A stretch of DNA of 51,347 nt, taken from positions 1-51,347 of the forward strand of contig CASFQF010000001.1 in the NCBI GenBank assembly GCA_949296635.1, written 5' to 3'. The notes under the pieces are model-generated. The model worked only from the letters and a program-made list of their open reading frames with translations, was not told the origin of the DNA and searched no databases. How positions within the stretch are numbered: the stretch's first letter is position 1; the number at the start of each line of letters is the position of its first letter. The translations under genes and the position numbers were made by a program. This document shows, piece after piece, positions 1 to 11,632 of this stretch. This stretch comes from an uncultured Alistipes sp. (GTDB lineage: Bacteria; Bacteroidota; Bacteroidia; Bacteroidales; Rikenellaceae).

Positions 1-1
1 G

Positions 2-1540
2 ACGAACCTCAAGTCGTTCTGCGGCGGCTTCGTCAACATGGTCTTCATCGTCTCGAGCATGTTGAGCGGCGCGTGCGCCACGCCCGAGTTCCTGATGTAC
101 ATGAACTATTTTATCGAGAAGGAGTACGGCGAGGACTATTACCGGCGTGCCGACGAGGTGGTCGACCTGTCGAAGAAGCGCCGCACCATAGACAAGGTCA
201 TCACCGACTGCTTCGAGCAGATCGTCTACTCGATCAACCAGCCTACGGGGGCGCGCAACTTCCAAGCCGTCTTCTGGAACGTGGCCTACTACGACCGCTA
301 CTATTTCGAGAGCCTCTTCGGCGAGTTTGTCTTCCCCGACGGGTCGCGCCCGCATTGGGAGTCGCTCAGCTGGCTGCAAAAGCGTTTCATGAAGTGGTTC
401 AACCGCGAGCGCACGCGCACCGTGCTTACATTCCCCGTCGAGACTATGGCCCTGCTGACCAAGGACGGCGATGTGATGGACGCCGAGTGGGGCGACTTCA
501 CGGCCGAGATGTATGCCGAGGGCCACTCGTTCTTCACCTACATAAGCGACAATGCCGACTCGCTGTCGAGCTGCTGCCGCCTGCGCAACGAGATTCAGGA
601 CAACGGTTTCAGCTATACGCTCGGCGCGGGCGGCGTCTCTACCGGCTCGAAGAGCGTGCTCACGATAAACCTCAACCGCTGCATCCAGTACGCCGTGAAG
701 AACAACATGCACTACATGACCTATCTGGCCGATGTGGTGGATCTGGTGCACAAGGTGCAGACGGCATATAATGAAAACCTTAAAAACCTGCAGGCGAAGG
801 GTATGCTGCCGCTGTTCGATGCGGGCTACATAAACCTCTCGCGCCAATACCTCACCGTGGGCGTGAACGGCCTTGTCGAGGCGGCGGAGTTCCTCGGCAT
901 ACGCATCGACGACAACGACGAGTATGCCTCGTTCGTGCAGGAGGTGCTGGGCCTCGTCGAGAAATACAACCGCAAGTACCGCACGAAGGAGCTGATGTTC
1001 AACTGCGAGATGATCCCCGCCGAGAATGTGGGCGTCAAGCACGCCAAGTGGGACCGCGAGGACGGCTACGCGGTGCCGCGCGACTGTTACAACTCGTATT
1101 TCTATGTCGTGGAGGACGAGTCTCTCAACGTGCTGGACAAGTTCCGTCTGCACGGCCACCGTTATATCGAGCACCTGACGGGCGGCTCGGCGCTGCACAT
1201 GAACCTCGAAGACCACCTCTCGCGCGAGCAGTACCGCCAGCTGCTGCGCGTGGCGGCGAAGGAGGGGTGCAACTACTTTACGTTCAATATCCCGAATACG
1301 GTATGCAACGAGTGCGGCCATATCGACAAGCGCTACCTTCAGGAGTGCCCCGAGTGCCACTCGCGCAATGTGGACTACCTGACCCGTGTGATCGGTTACA
1401 TGAAGCGTATCTCCAACTTCTCGGCCGCACGCCAGAAGGAGGCCGCACGCCGTTACTATGCGAAGATGAAGCCTGCGGGCAATGCCGTCTACCTGACGTG
1501 CGAGCAGGGTATAGCCGCCGCAAATGGTCCGGTATTATAA
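2..1540 (+). CDS. nrdD: Anaerobic (class III) ribonucleoside-triphosphate reductase, 5'-truncated by window edge
   Basis: Frame is open from base 2 (TNLKSFCGGFVNM...). Has SSCCRL thiyl-Cys motif, C-terminal CxxC...CxxC zinc ribbon and YLTRVIGY glycyl-radical loop. Followed by the activase. Confidence 0.95.
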   Translation, partial: TNLKSFCGGFVNMVFIVSSMLSGACATPEFLMYMNYFIEKEYGEDYYRRADEVVDLSKKRRTIDKVITDCFEQIVYSINQPTGARNFQAVFWNVAYYDRYYFESLFGEFVFPDGSRPHWESLSWLQKRFMKWFNRERTRTVLTFPVETMALLTKDGDVMDAEWGDFTAEMYAEGHSFFTYISDNADSLSSCCRLRNEIQDNGFSYTLGAGGVSTGSKSVLTINLNRCIQYAVKNNMHYMTYLADVVDLVHKVQTAYNENLKNLQAKGMLPLFDAGYINLSRQYLTVGVNGLVEAAEFLGIRIDDNDEYASFVQEVLGLVEKYNRKYRTKELMFNCEMIPAENVGVKHAKWDREDGYAVPRDCYNSYFYVVEDESLNVLDKFRLHGHRYIEHLTGGSALHMNLEDHLSREQYRQLLRVAAKEGCNYFTFNIPNTVCNECGHIDKRYLQECPECHSRNVDYLTRVIGYMKRISNFSAARQKEAARRYYAKMKPAGNAVYLTCEQGIAAANGPVL

Positions 1541-1991
1541 TTTCGACATCGTCTTCGCCGAGATCCCCGACGAGGTAACCCTTGCGGTGAACATCACGGG
1601 GTGCCCGAACCGCTGCGAGGGATGCCACAGCCCCCACCTGCGGGAGGATGTGGGCGAGAGGCTCGACCGCGACGCTCTGGCGGCGCTGCTGGAGCGTTAC
1701 GGCGCGGGCGTCACATGCCTCTGCTTCATGGGCGGCGACGGCGACCCGCAGGGTATTGCGCGCCTTGCGGCGGAGGTGCGGCAGCTGGCGCCGCAGCTGC
1801 GCGTAGGGTGGTATTCGGGCCGTCAGGCGCTGCCTGCGGGCGTGGCCCCAGAGACGTTCGATTACATCAAGCTGGGGCCGTATGTCGCCTCGCGCGGGCC
1901 CCTGTCGTCGCCGGAGACGAACCAGCGCATGTACCGCGTTGGGCGTGACGGCGCAATGGAGGATATAACATACCGCTTCCGCCGCCGTTGA
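1524..1991 (+). CDS. nrdG: Anaerobic RNR activating radical-SAM protein
   Basis: CPNRCEGCHS radical-SAM motif, FDYIKLGPY and TNQR motifs. Overlaps the nrdD 3' end. Confidence 0.93.
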   Translation: MVRYYNFDIVFAEIPDEVTLAVNITGCPNRCEGCHSPHLREDVGERLDRDALAALLERYGAGVTCLCFMGGDGDPQGIARLAAEVRQLAPQLRVGWYSGRQALPAGVAPETFDYIKLGPYVASRGPLSSPETNQRMYRVGRDGAMEDITYRFRRR

Positions 1992-2021
1992 GGCTGCAGG
2001 CTTCGGGCGGGGCGGGAGATA

Positions 2022-2061
2022 CGGTGCGGCGGATTGCGGTTCCGCCGCACCGCCTTTTTTT
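2022..2061 (+). terminator. Intrinsic terminator after nrdDG
   Basis: 12-bp stem CGGTGCGGCGGA/TCCGCCGCACCG followed by CC and T7. Confidence 0.85.
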
Positions 2062-2094
2062 GCGGGGGCGCATGCCAATCCGGACAAATGTGAG

Positions 2095-2102
2095 TATCTT
2101 TG
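2095..2102 (+). promoter_or_regulatory. Bacteroidota -7 promoter element (TATCTTTG)
   Basis: Matches TAnnTTTG, 20 nt upstream of the ATG at 2123. Confidence 0.65.
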
Positions 2103-2122
2103 CCACGTAAAAACCGCATGTC

Positions 2123-3949
2123 ATGCGAAGGATCGAACTGTTGGCCCCTGCGAAGGATCTCGAGGCCGCTATCGCGGCCGTCGACCACGGCGCCGATGCC
2201 GTCTATATGGGCGGCGCGCGCTTCGGGGCGCGCCGTGCCGCCGCCAACAGCGTAGAGGATGTAGCCCGTGCCGCAGAATATGCCCACCGCTATGGGGCGC
2301 GGCTCTATGCCGCCCTTAATACCGTTATCTTCGACGACGAGCTGGCTGCGGCGGAAGCCGCGGCACGGGAGTTGATTGCCGCCGATGTCGATGCCCTGAT
2401 CGTACAGGATATGGCCCTGCGGGCTATGGCGCTGCCCGTCGAGCTGCATGCCTCGACGCAGGCGGGGTGTATGACGGCGGAGGATGCCGTTTTTCTGGAG
2501 GGGTGCGGTTTCGCGCGCATCATCCTCGAGCGTGCCCTTTCGATCGACGACATACGCGGCATACGCCGCGCGGCGCCCGATGTCGAGTTGGAGTGTTTCG
2601 TACATGGGGCGATATGTGTGGGGTACAGCGGCCGCTGTTTCCTGTCGCGGTCGATGTCCGCGCGCAGCGGCAACCGCGGCGAGTGCTCGCAGCCGTGCCG
2701 CCTGCCCTATGACCTGACCGACGCTGCGGGCCGGACCGTAATCGCGGGCAGGCATCTGTTGTCGGTGCGCGACATGGACCTCTCGCGGCGGCTGGAGGAG
2801 CTGATGGATGCGGGCGTCACGTCGTTCAAGATCGAGGGGCGCCTGAAGGATGTGCGGTACATAAAGAATGTGGTCTCGTACTACCGCGACCGTCTGGACG
2901 AAATACTGTCGCGCCGTTGGAATGATTACGCGCGTTCGTCTTACGGCCGTTCGGAGCGGGAGTTCGCGCCCGATCCCTCGAAGAGCTTTACACGCGGGGC
3001 GACGGAGTACATGTTCGACGGCAAGTGCCGCGGCGTGGCGTCGTTCGACACGCCGAAGGCTGTGGGCGAGTATGTGGGCCGTGTCACGGGGCTTGTGCGC
3101 GGGGGTTTCCGTATGGAGGGGGCGGCGGAGCTGGCCGCGGGCGACGGCATCTGCGCCGTCTCGGCGGCGGGAGCCGCGGGCTCGAACGTGAACCGTGTCG
3201 ACGGGGCCATCGTGGAGCCGAACCGTATGGCGGGGATCACGGTCGGGGCGGAGATATACCGCAACTACGACCACCGTTTCGCGCAGGCGGTGGACCGCAG
3301 CCGCACGCGCCGTACGATAGGCGTACGGGCCCGTGTGGCGGTGTCGGCCGCGGGTGTGGAGCTGTGCCTGACCGACGAGGAGGGTGTCGGGGTGCGTGTG
3401 CGGCACCCCGGGTCGCTGCCGGCGGCGACGGGATCGGTTGATATGGCGGAGACGGTGCGGCGTGTGATGCGCAAGTGCGGGGGTACGATATTCCGTATGG
3501 ACGAGGTGCATGTCGACGGCGCACGAATCTTCGCTCCGGCGTCGCTGCTGGCGGAGGTGCGGCGCGAGGGCCTCGATGCTTTGTTGCAGGCGCGCATGTC
3601 GCGGCCGCGGCAGCATATGGTTGTTGCGGACGACGGTGCGGCGCGCTATCCTCGGGAACGTGTCAGCCGCTATGAGAACGTTACAAACCGTATGGCGGCG
3701 GAGTTCTACCGCCGGCACGGCGCCGTAGAGATAGAGCCGGCGCTGGAGTGTGCCGACACGACGGCGGGGGAGCGCGTCATGGCGTCGAGCTACTGCATCC
3801 GCCGCGAGATAGGCGAGTGCCTGCGCGAGAGGCCCACGCTGCGGGGCGACCTCTACCTGCGGCACGGGGCGTCGCGTTACCGCCTGCAGTTCGATTGCGA
3901 GCGGTGCGTCATGTCGCTTGTGGATTGCGGCGCGGCGCGTAAAAGATGA
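2123..3949 (+). CDS. Peptidase U32 family protein (RlhA-like RNA hydroxylase) with C-terminal DUF3656-like region
   Basis: ELLAPA...GADAVYMG, HASTQ, FVHGAICVGYSGRC, NRGECSQPCR and SFKIEGRLK motifs. Confidence 0.88.
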   Translation: MRRIELLAPAKDLEAAIAAVDHGADAVYMGGARFGARRAAANSVEDVARAAEYAHRYGARLYAALNTVIFDDELAAAEAAARELIAADVDALIVQDMALRAMALPVELHASTQAGCMTAEDAVFLEGCGFARIILERALSIDDIRGIRRAAPDVELECFVHGAICVGYSGRCFLSRSMSARSGNRGECSQPCRLPYDLTDAAGRTVIAGRHLLSVRDMDLSRRLEELMDAGVTSFKIEGRLKDVRYIKNVVSYYRDRLDEILSRRWNDYARSSYGRSEREFAPDPSKSFTRGATEYMFDGKCRGVASFDTPKAVGEYVGRVTGLVRGGFRMEGAAELAAGDGICAVSAAGAAGSNVNRVDGAIVEPNRMAGITVGAEIYRNYDHRFAQAVDRSRTRRTIGVRARVAVSAAGVELCLTDEEGVGVRVRHPGSLPAATGSVDMAETVRRVMRKCGGTIFRMDEVHVDGARIFAPASLLAEVRREGLDALLQARMSRPRQHMVVADDGAARYPRERVSRYENVTNRMAAEFYRRHGAVEIEPALECADTTAGERVMASSYCIRREIGECLRERPTLRGDLYLRHGASRYRLQFDCERCVMSLVDCGAARKR

Positions 3950-3966
3950 TATTGCAAGAATAAGAT

Positions 3967-4851
3967 ATGGATATTCTGACACCCGATTTTGCCGCATACG
4001 AACTGCTCGATTCTGGCGGCTCGGAGAAACTCGAACGTTTCGGCCGTTATGTGCTGCGGCGTCCCGAACCGCAGGCCGTATGGGGTAAGTCGCTCGGCGA
4101 GGCTGAGTGGGAGCGCCTTGCCGACGGGACCTTCACGCGCCTCTCGGGCGCGGGCGGCGACGAGCGCGGCCGCTGGTCGTTCCGCGACGCCCGCATGGCG
4201 CAGGGATGGCCGATAGAGTACAGCCGCGGCGGGCTGCATCTGCGCCTGCGCCTTGTGCCCACGTCGTTCAAGCATGTGGGGCTCTTCCCCGAACAGGCGG
4301 CAAACTGGGATTACATATACGACCGCACGGCGCGCATCACGGCGCGCGGTACGGCGGCCGAGGTGCTGAACCTCTTTGCCTATACGGGCGGGGCGTCGCT
4401 GGCGGCGTGTGCCGCGGGGGCGCGCGTGACGCATGTCGACTCGGTGCGGCAGGTGGTGTCGTGGGCCCGCGGGAACATGGAGGCGAGCGGCCTGAAGGAT
4501 ATACGCTGGGTTGTGGAGGACGCATTGAAATATGTGCGCCGCGAGGTGCGCCGCGGCCGCCGCTACGACGGCATAATACTTGACCCTCCGGCCTACGGGC
4601 GCGGCGCTGCGGGTGAGAAGTGGGTGCTCGAGGAGAATATCCGCGAGATGCTGGAGTGCTGCTCGGCGCTGCTCGACAGCCGCGGGTTCGTGGTGCTGAA
4701 CCTCTACTCTATGGGTTTGTCGCCCGTGGTGGCGCACACGGCCCTGACGCAATGCTTCGGCGCGGGGGAGTACGAGTACGGCGAGCTGTGCTTCGCCGAC
4801 GCGGCGGGCAAGCGGCTTCCCCTTGGGACTTTCTGCCGCATGCAGCGGTAA
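3967..4851 (+). CDS. Class I SAM-dependent methyltransferase (RlmI/RlmK-like)
   Basis: YELLDSG..EKLERFG, FKHVGLFPEQAANW, VLNLFAYTGGAS and ILDPPAYGRG motifs. Confidence 0.88.
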   Translation: MDILTPDFAAYELLDSGGSEKLERFGRYVLRRPEPQAVWGKSLGEAEWERLADGTFTRLSGAGGDERGRWSFRDARMAQGWPIEYSRGGLHLRLRLVPTSFKHVGLFPEQAANWDYIYDRTARITARGTAAEVLNLFAYTGGASLAACAAGARVTHVDSVRQVVSWARGNMEASGLKDIRWVVEDALKYVRREVRRGRRYDGIILDPPAYGRGAAGEKWVLEENIREMLECCSALLDSRGFVVLNLYSMGLSPVVAHTALTQCFGAGEYEYGELCFADAAGKRLPLGTFCRMQR

Positions 4852-4875
4852 CGCACGTTATAAATCACGCATGAG

Positions 4876-5418
4876 ATGAACAGATATTTGGAACTTTTCT
4901 GGTCATTCTTCAAGATCGGACTATTCACTTTCGGGGGCGGCTATGCCATGATCCCCATCATCCAGAACGAGGTGATACGCAACCGCGGCTGGATCGAGGA
5001 GCGCGATTTCCTCGACCTGCTGACGCTGGCGCAGTCGGCCCCCGGGCCCATATCGCTCAATACGTCGGTATTCGTGGGGTACAAGCTCTACGGCTACCGC
5101 GGTGCCGTCACGGCATTGGCGGGGGTTGTGCTGCCGGCATTCACGGTGATACTCCTTGTGGCGGTGTTCTTCGCCTCGATACGCCATAACGCCGTCGTCG
5201 ACGCGGCGTTCAAGGGCATGCGCCCCGCCGTGGTGGCGCTGATAATAGCCCCCATTGCCGGCTTCGTCAAGGGCATGCATTGGACACTGATGGGAGTGGC
5301 GGCGGCCGTAGCCGTCGTGGTGTGGTATTTCGGCATCTCGCCCGTCTGCCTGCTCGTGGCGGGGGCCGCGGCGGGGGCCCTGTGGGCGGCCCTGCGCAGA
5401 AAGGAGGTGCGCCGATGA
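4876..5418 (+). CDS. Short-chain chromate transporter (CHR family), first subunit
   Basis: FFKIGLFTFGGGYAMIP and AQSAPGP motifs; hydrophobic. Confidence 0.9.
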   Translation: MNRYLELFWSFFKIGLFTFGGGYAMIPIIQNEVIRNRGWIEERDFLDLLTLAQSAPGPISLNTSVFVGYKLYGYRGAVTALAGVVLPAFTVILLVAVFFASIRHNAVVDAAFKGMRPAVVALIIAPIAGFVKGMHWTLMGVAAAVAVVVWYFGISPVCLLVAGAAAGALWAALRRKEVRR

Positions 5419-5972
5419 TCTACCTGCAACTGTTTTACAGCTATCTGAAGATCGGGTTCTTCGGCTTCGGCGGCGGCTATGCCATGCTCTCGCTCATACA
5501 GAACGAGGTGGTGGTGCAGAACGCATGGATGACGAATGCCGAGTTCGCCGACATAGTGGCCGTGTCGCAGATGACGCCCGGCCCCATAGCCATCAACTCG
5601 GCCACCTATGTCGGGTATACGGTCGCGGGATTCTGGGGTGCCGTGGTGGCGACGGTGTCGGTATGCCTGCCGGCGCTGACACTAATGATCCTCATTACGC
5701 GCTTCTTCCTCTCGCTGCGGCGCAACCGTTATGTGAAGGGCATAATCGCAGGCATGCGCCCCGTCGTTATAGGCATGATCGGGTCGGCGGCGCTGCTGCT
5801 CATATTCCCTTCGTCGGAGGACGGCCACAGCTTCATCGACGCATGGAGCTGGGTGCTCTTCGCCGCGGTTATGGTCGGCTCGGTGCGCAAGGTCAACCCG
5901 ATACTTCTTATCGTGCTCTCGGCCGTGGCCGGCATAGCAATCTACTACGTCCCGACGCTATTCGTCGTATAG
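5415..5972 (+). CDS. Short-chain chromate transporter (CHR family), second subunit
   Basis: ATG at 5415 overlaps the upstream stop (ATGA). KIGFFGFGGGYAML and SQMTPGPIAINSAT motifs. Start corrected from the ORF track (5280). Confidence 0.9.
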   Translation: MIYLQLFYSYLKIGFFGFGGGYAMLSLIQNEVVVQNAWMTNAEFADIVAVSQMTPGPIAINSATYVGYTVAGFWGAVVATVSVCLPALTLMILITRFFLSLRRNRYVKGIIAGMRPVVIGMIGSAALLLIFPSSEDGHSFIDAWSWVLFAAVMVGSVRKVNPILLIVLSAVAGIAIYYVPTLFVV

Positions 5973-7148
5973 CAGGTATTTCCGGCGCTGCTCGCGGAAC
6001 CGCTCCACGTCCGGCTGCCATACGGCGCGTATCTCGTCGGCCGTGCGTCCCTCGATTATCATGCGGCGCACGTAATCCACACCCACAAGCTTTTCGAACA
6101 TGGGGGTGAAGAACTTTTCGCCCAGCCCGAGGTTCCCGTATGCGTCGATGACGTAGCTCAGGTCGAAGCCGCGGGCTATGATCTCTTCGTCGTCCAAGCC
6201 GCGCAGGTCACGGCCGCGGCAGGTTTGGTCCTTGAGCGGCGGGTTCTTCGCACCGGCTACCGAGCGGGGCGTGAAGGTGAAGTCGCTGCCGCGGTAATCG
6301 GGATGGCCGTAGCACTCGAAGGGATGTTCGGTGCCGCGCCCCAGCGAGCAGACCGTGCCCTCGAAGGGACATATCGCCGGATAGAGATATATCGAGTGCT
6401 GTGTCGGGAGGTTTGGCGAGGGCGCTATGGGCAGCGTGTATCGCGTGCGGTGGGTATATCCCTCGCACGGCACAACCTCCAGATCACACTGCTTGCACCA
6501 GCCCTCGCCGCGCGCCATGAGGGCGATCTCGGCCATCGTAAGGCCGTGCACGACGGGTATCGGGAGTGCGCCCACGCCCGACTTGTATTTCATGTCGAGG
6601 ATCGGGCCGTCGACATACATGCCGTTGGGGTTGGGGCGGTCGAGGACGATCACCTTGCGGCCGGCATCGGCGCAGGCGTCCATCATGCGCAGCATCGTGA
6701 TGTAGTATGTGTAGAAGCGCAGCCCCACGTCCTGCATGTCCACGAGCAGCACGTCGAAGGCCTGCATCGTCTGCTCGGAGGGGCGTTGCGAGCCGCCGTC
6801 GTAGAGCGACCAGATGGGTATGCCGGTCTTCTCGTCGACCGAACTCGAGACATGCTCGCCGGCGTCGGCACCGCCGCGGAAACCGTGTTCGGGAGAAAAT
6901 ATCCCCGCCACGTCGATCCCCTCGTCGCAGAGCATGTCGACCAGATGGCGGTCGCCCGCCATGGCCGTGTGGTTGGCCAGCACGGCCACGCGGCGGCCCT
7001 CGATCTTGGGAAGGTATATCTCAGTGCGTTCGGCACCCACCTTGACAGGTGTCTGTGCCGCCTCTTTTGCCGGACCGGTTCCTTTGGCCTGTACGGCACA
7101 TGTTGCCGCGGCGAGCCACAGCATCGTGAAAAATATCGTTCGTCTCAT
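5958..7148 (-). CDS. DUF1343 exo-beta-N-acetylmuramidase (NamZ family), secreted
   Basis: Signal peptide; FSPEHGFRG, DMQDVGLRFYTY, LDRPNP and PSPNLP motifs. Confidence 0.88.
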   Translation of the reverse strand: MRRTIFFTMLWLAAATCAVQAKGTGPAKEAAQTPVKVGAERTEIYLPKIEGRRVAVLANHTAMAGDRHLVDMLCDEGIDVAGIFSPEHGFRGGADAGEHVSSSVDEKTGIPIWSLYDGGSQRPSEQTMQAFDVLLVDMQDVGLRFYTYYITMLRMMDACADAGRKVIVLDRPNPNGMYVDGPILDMKYKSGVGALPIPVVHGLTMAEIALMARGEGWCKQCDLEVVPCEGYTHRTRYTLPIAPSPNLPTQHSIYLYPAICPFEGTVCSLGRGTEHPFECYGHPDYRGSDFTFTPRSVAGAKNPPLKDQTCRGRDLRGLDDEEIIARGFDLSYVIDAYGNLGLGEKFFTPMFEKLVGVDYVRRMIIEGRTADEIRAVWQPDVERFREQRRKYLLYDE

Positions 7149-7192
7149 CTTTCGCGGGATGTTTGTATGCGAAGATACTCTTTCTTCGGCGT

Positions 7193-7231
7193 AAAAACAA
7201 TCGGCAGGCGGATTTTTTGTCCGTCTGCCGA
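7193..7231 (-). terminator. Probable terminator after the MFS gene
   Basis: TCGGCAGGCGGA/TCCGTCTGCCGA stem, followed on the minus strand by TTGTTTTT. Confidence 0.6.
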
Positions 7232-7251
7232 TGACGTGTTCCCGAGAGCGT

Positions 7252-8433
7252 TTAAGAGAGGTGCCCGTTGGTGCGTATCTCGGCGTGCGAGTGGCCGGTG
7301 CCGCGTGCGAGCAGCAGGGTGAAGAGGGCGCAGACGGCTATCACTGCCGCCGTCGAGACGGCCATGTCTCCCATTCCCACCAGCGGCGAGCATATGCCGC
7401 CCACGAGGAACGAGAGGAACCCGAGTGCGGCGGATGCGCTGCCCGAGTATTCGCGCAGGGGTTCGAGGGCGAGGGCTGTAGAGGTGGGCATTATGGTGCC
7501 GAGCATGACCAGAAGTACGAAGAACGACGCCTCGAGAAGCCATACCGAGCCGCCCTGCGTCAGTACGATGGCCGTAGCCAAGGCTATGACGAAGAAGCCG
7601 CGTGTACCTATGGCCAGCCCCCGTTCGCTCGAGCGGCTGCGCAGGACCAGAAGGCTGCCGGCCATGATGCCGAAGGCGTTGAGCCCGAAACAGAGGCTGT
7701 ATGCCACGGGTGAGAGCCCGTATTGCTGTTGGAATATGAATGGCGAGGCCGATATGTAGCTGAACATGACGCCCATGGCCATGGCCTGCACGCCCATGTA
7801 ACGCACGCTGCGGCGGTTGCGCAGCACGGGGGCGTAACCCTTGAACGAGGCGGCGACGCTGCGGCTGCGTTGTGCGAGCGACTCGCGGAAAGCGAGCGTC
7901 ATCACCAGCAGCACGATGCCTATGCCGAGCAGTACGGCGAAGATGCCTTTCCAGTCGGTGACGGCGAGCAGCAGCCCGCCGATGACGGGTGCGGCGACGG
8001 GGACGATGCCCTGCACGCTGCCCAGAACCGAGAAGAAGCGCGCCAGCTCGCGCCCTGCGTATAGGTCTGTGGCTATCGAGCGCGAAATTACCACGCCGCC
8101 GGCGCCGGCGAGACCCTGTACGAAGCGGTAGAGGAGGAAGCGGCCGATCGAGTCGGTCATGATGCATCCGGCCGTGGCGGCAACGAAGGCCGCGAGCGAC
8201 ACGAGCAGCGGCAGGCGCCGTCCGTAGCGGTCCGACAGGGGCCCCACGATGAGCTGTCCCGTACCGAGGCCGATCATGCCCACCGTAAGCGACAATTGTA
8301 TCATCGAGGCGGGGGTGCCGAAGTAGTCGCTCAGGGCGGGCAGCGCCGGCAGGTAGAAGTCGGTGACGAAGGGGCCGAAGGCGGCGATCATGCCCACGAA
8401 GGTGAGAGTAAAGATATACGAATTGCGTTTCAT
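7252..8433 (-). CDS. Bcr/CflA-type multidrug MFS transporter
   Basis: TDFYLPALP, GQLIVGPLSDRYGRR motif A, about 12 hydrophobic segments. TACCTTTG promoter element at 8456-8463 (minus). Confidence 0.9.
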   Translation of the reverse strand: MKRNSYIFTLTFVGMIAAFGPFVTDFYLPALPALSDYFGTPASMIQLSLTVGMIGLGTGQLIVGPLSDRYGRRLPLLVSLAAFVAATAGCIMTDSIGRFLLYRFVQGLAGAGGVVISRSIATDLYAGRELARFFSVLGSVQGIVPVAAPVIGGLLLAVTDWKGIFAVLLGIGIVLLVMTLAFRESLAQRSRSVAASFKGYAPVLRNRRSVRYMGVQAMAMGVMFSYISASPFIFQQQYGLSPVAYSLCFGLNAFGIMAGSLLVLRSRSSERGLAIGTRGFFVIALATAIVLTQGGSVWLLEASFFVLLVMLGTIMPTSTALALEPLREYSGSASAALGFLSFLVGGICSPLVGMGDMAVSTAAVIAVCALFTLLLARGTGHSHAEIRTNGHLS

Positions 8434-8570
8434 GAAAATTCCTTTTTTTGACGTGCAAAGGTACTCAATTTTACCGGTGCGGAGTACCTCGTGTTCAAAA
8501 TTCCGGCATGCACAATGCGGAAGTTTGCATGGTATATACGTCTTATTCTGCCGTCTGCGCTCCCTGCCTG

Positions 8571-8614
8571 TGAAAAATGTGCCGCGGGGATAGCTCCCTG
8601 CGGCACATTTTTCA
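8571..8614 (-). terminator. Intrinsic terminator after prfB (potentially bidirectional)
   Basis: 20-bp inverted repeat TGAAAAATGTGCCGCGGGGA/TCCCTGCGGCACATTTTTCA with one mismatch, including A/T tracts. Confidence 0.8.
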
Positions 8615-8669
8615 AATATGCATGTTTATGCATCGGCGGTACTCTCGCCCTCCCCCTCCTCCGGATGGG

Positions 8670-9780
<1,111 letters not shown>

Positions 9781-9801
9781 GACTTGTGTATTGATGTGTT
9801 T

Positions 9802-10116
9802 TCAACTCTCTTTGTTCTCGGTTCCCGCAGCATTGCTATTTACGGCTTCGCTATTCACGTCCCCGGGTTCCGCGGCCTCCTTTTTCGCGGCGGCCTTTTC
9901 CGCCCGCTCCCTTTTGAGTTCGTGGCGGCGCCTGCGGCGCTCCTTGCGGAAGGCCGAAGCCTCGATACCGCCGCCGAGGATCACCCCGAAGAGGATTCCT
10001 GCCGCGGGGTTTTCGAGTGCGGCGCCGAATACCAGACATACGAGCAGTCCCAACGCCACACCGCGGCCCTGCCCCGGGTAGCGTATCCACTGGAACTTCT
10101 TCTTTGTCTCTGTCAT
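9802..10116 (-). CDS. Small hypothetical membrane protein
   Basis: Two Gly-rich hydrophobic segments and a charged tail. Fills the gap between cysS and prfB on the same strand. Confidence 0.65.
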   Translation of the reverse strand: MTETKKKFQWIRYPGQGRGVALGLLVCLVFGAALENPAAGILFGVILGGGIEASAFRKERRRRRHELKRERAEKAAAKKEAAEPGDVNSEAVNSNAAGTENKES

Positions 10117-10159
10117 CTCGGTATGCGATTGTCGGGGGGCTTGTCCGCCGCCCGCCGTG

Positions 10160-11632
10160 TTATTCTATCTCCCAGTCGACACCGTCCTTGCGGTCCTTGA
10201 CGCGGATGCCGATCTCGGTCAGACGGTCGCGTATGGCGTCCGACGCGGCCCAGTCCTTGGCGGCCTTGGCCTTCTGCCGTATGTCGAGCAGCGTGTCGAC
10301 AAGCTGCGGCACCATGTCGCTGCCCGAAGCCCCTGCGGCCTTCTCGTCGCGCAGGCCGAGGATGTCGAAGGCGTAGCGGCTGACCGTGGCGCGCAGGCGC
10401 TGGAGATCCTCCGCCGTGATGCTCTGCTGGCCTTCGGCTATCTGGTTTATCGTGCGCACCCAGTCGAAGAGCGCCGAGATCACCATCGGCGAGTTGAGGT
10501 CGTCGTCCATGGCGGCGCGGCAGCGCTCTTCGAGGTCCGTCACGTCCACCGTAGAGGAGGCCGAGGGCTTCAGCTTGCCCAGCGTCTCGATGCCCTTCAT
10601 CAGGCGGTCGAGACCCTTTTCGGCGGCCTGCAGCGCCTCGTTCGAGAAGTCGAGCGTCGAGCGGTAGTGAGCCTGCAGTACGAAGAAACGTATCGTCATG
10701 GGCGAGTAGGCGCGCTCCAGCAGGCGGTGCGTGCCGGTGAAGAGCTCCTCGAGGGTGATGAAGTTGCCCAGCGACTTGCCCATCTTCTGCCCGTTGATGG
10801 TAATCATGTTGTTGTGTATCCAGTACCGTGCCGAGTCGTGGCCGAGGGCCGCGGTCGACTGTGCGATCTCGCACTCGTGGTGGGGGAACATGAGGTCCAT
10901 GCCGCCGCCGTGTATGTCGAACGTCTCGCCCAGATATTTGGTGCTCATGGCCGAGCACTCCATGTGCCAACCCGGGAAGCCGTCGCCCCACGGCGAGGGC
11001 CACCGCATGATATGTTCGGGCGAGGCCTTCTTCCAGAGGGCGAAGTCGACCGAGCGGTGCTTGTCCTCCTGCCCGTCGAGCGAACGGGTGTTCTCGATGA
11101 TGTCGTCGAGGTTGCGGCCCGAGAGACGCCCGTAGTGGTATTCGCGGTTGTATTTCTCGACGTCGAAATAGACCGAGCCGTTCGAGACGTAGGCGTAGCC
11201 CGCGTCGAGGATGCGCTTGACGAACTCGATCTGCTCGATGATGTGGCCCGAGGCGCACGGCTCGATCGAGGGCGAGAGTACGTTCAGGGCCTCCATGGCG
11301 TGGCGGTAGCGCTCGGTGTAGTAGTGTGCCACCTCCATCGGTTCGAGCTGCTTGAGGCGCGCCTTCTTGGCGATCTTGTCCTCGCCCTCGTCGGCGTCGT
11401 GCTCGAGGTGGCCGACGTCGGTTATGTTGCGCACGTAACGCACCTTGTATCCCGAGGCCTTGAGGTAGCGGAACAGCAGGTCGAATGTCACGGCCGGACG
11501 GGCGTGTCCCAGATGGGGGTCGCCGTAGACCGTGGGACCGCAGACGTACATCCCGACGTGCTCGGGGTTGATGGGCTCGAACGTCTCCTTGCGGCGCGTG
11601 AGCGTATTGTACAGAATGAGTTTGCTCTCCAT
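10160..11632 (-). CDS. cysS: Cysteine--tRNA ligase
   Basis: [15 protein letters not shown] (HIGH), [19 protein letters not shown] and KMGKS motifs. Start set at MESKL (11632). TATTTTTG element at 11707-11714. Confidence 0.97.
   Translation of the reverse strand: MESKLILYNTLTRRKETFEPINPEHVGMYVCGPTVYGDPHLGHARPAVTFDLLFRYLKASGYKVRYVRNITDVGHLEHDADEGEDKIAKKARLKQLEPMEVAHYYTERYRHAMEALNVLSPSIEPCASGHIIEQIEFVKRILDAGYAYVSNGSVYFDVEKYNREYHYGRLSGRNLDDIIENTRSLDGQEDKHRSVDFALWKKASPEHIMRWPSPWGDGFPGWHMECSAMSTKYLGETFDIHGGGMDLMFPHHECEIAQSTAALGHDSARYWIHNNMITINGQKMGKSLGNFITLEELFTGTHRLLERAYSPMTIRFFVLQAHYRSTLDFSNEALQAAEKGLDRLMKGIETLGKLKPSASSTVDVTDLEERCRAAMDDDLNSPMVISALFDWVRTINQIAEGQQSITAEDLQRLRATVSRYAFDILGLRDEKAAGASGSDMVPQLVDTLLDIRQKAKAAKDWAASDAIRDRLTEIGIRVKDRKDGVDWEIE

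Noticed and set aside
1465-1540. NrdD C-terminal tail overlapping nrdG by 17 nt
   Set aside because: A short extension after the conserved end, most simply explained by stop-codon drift or translational coupling.
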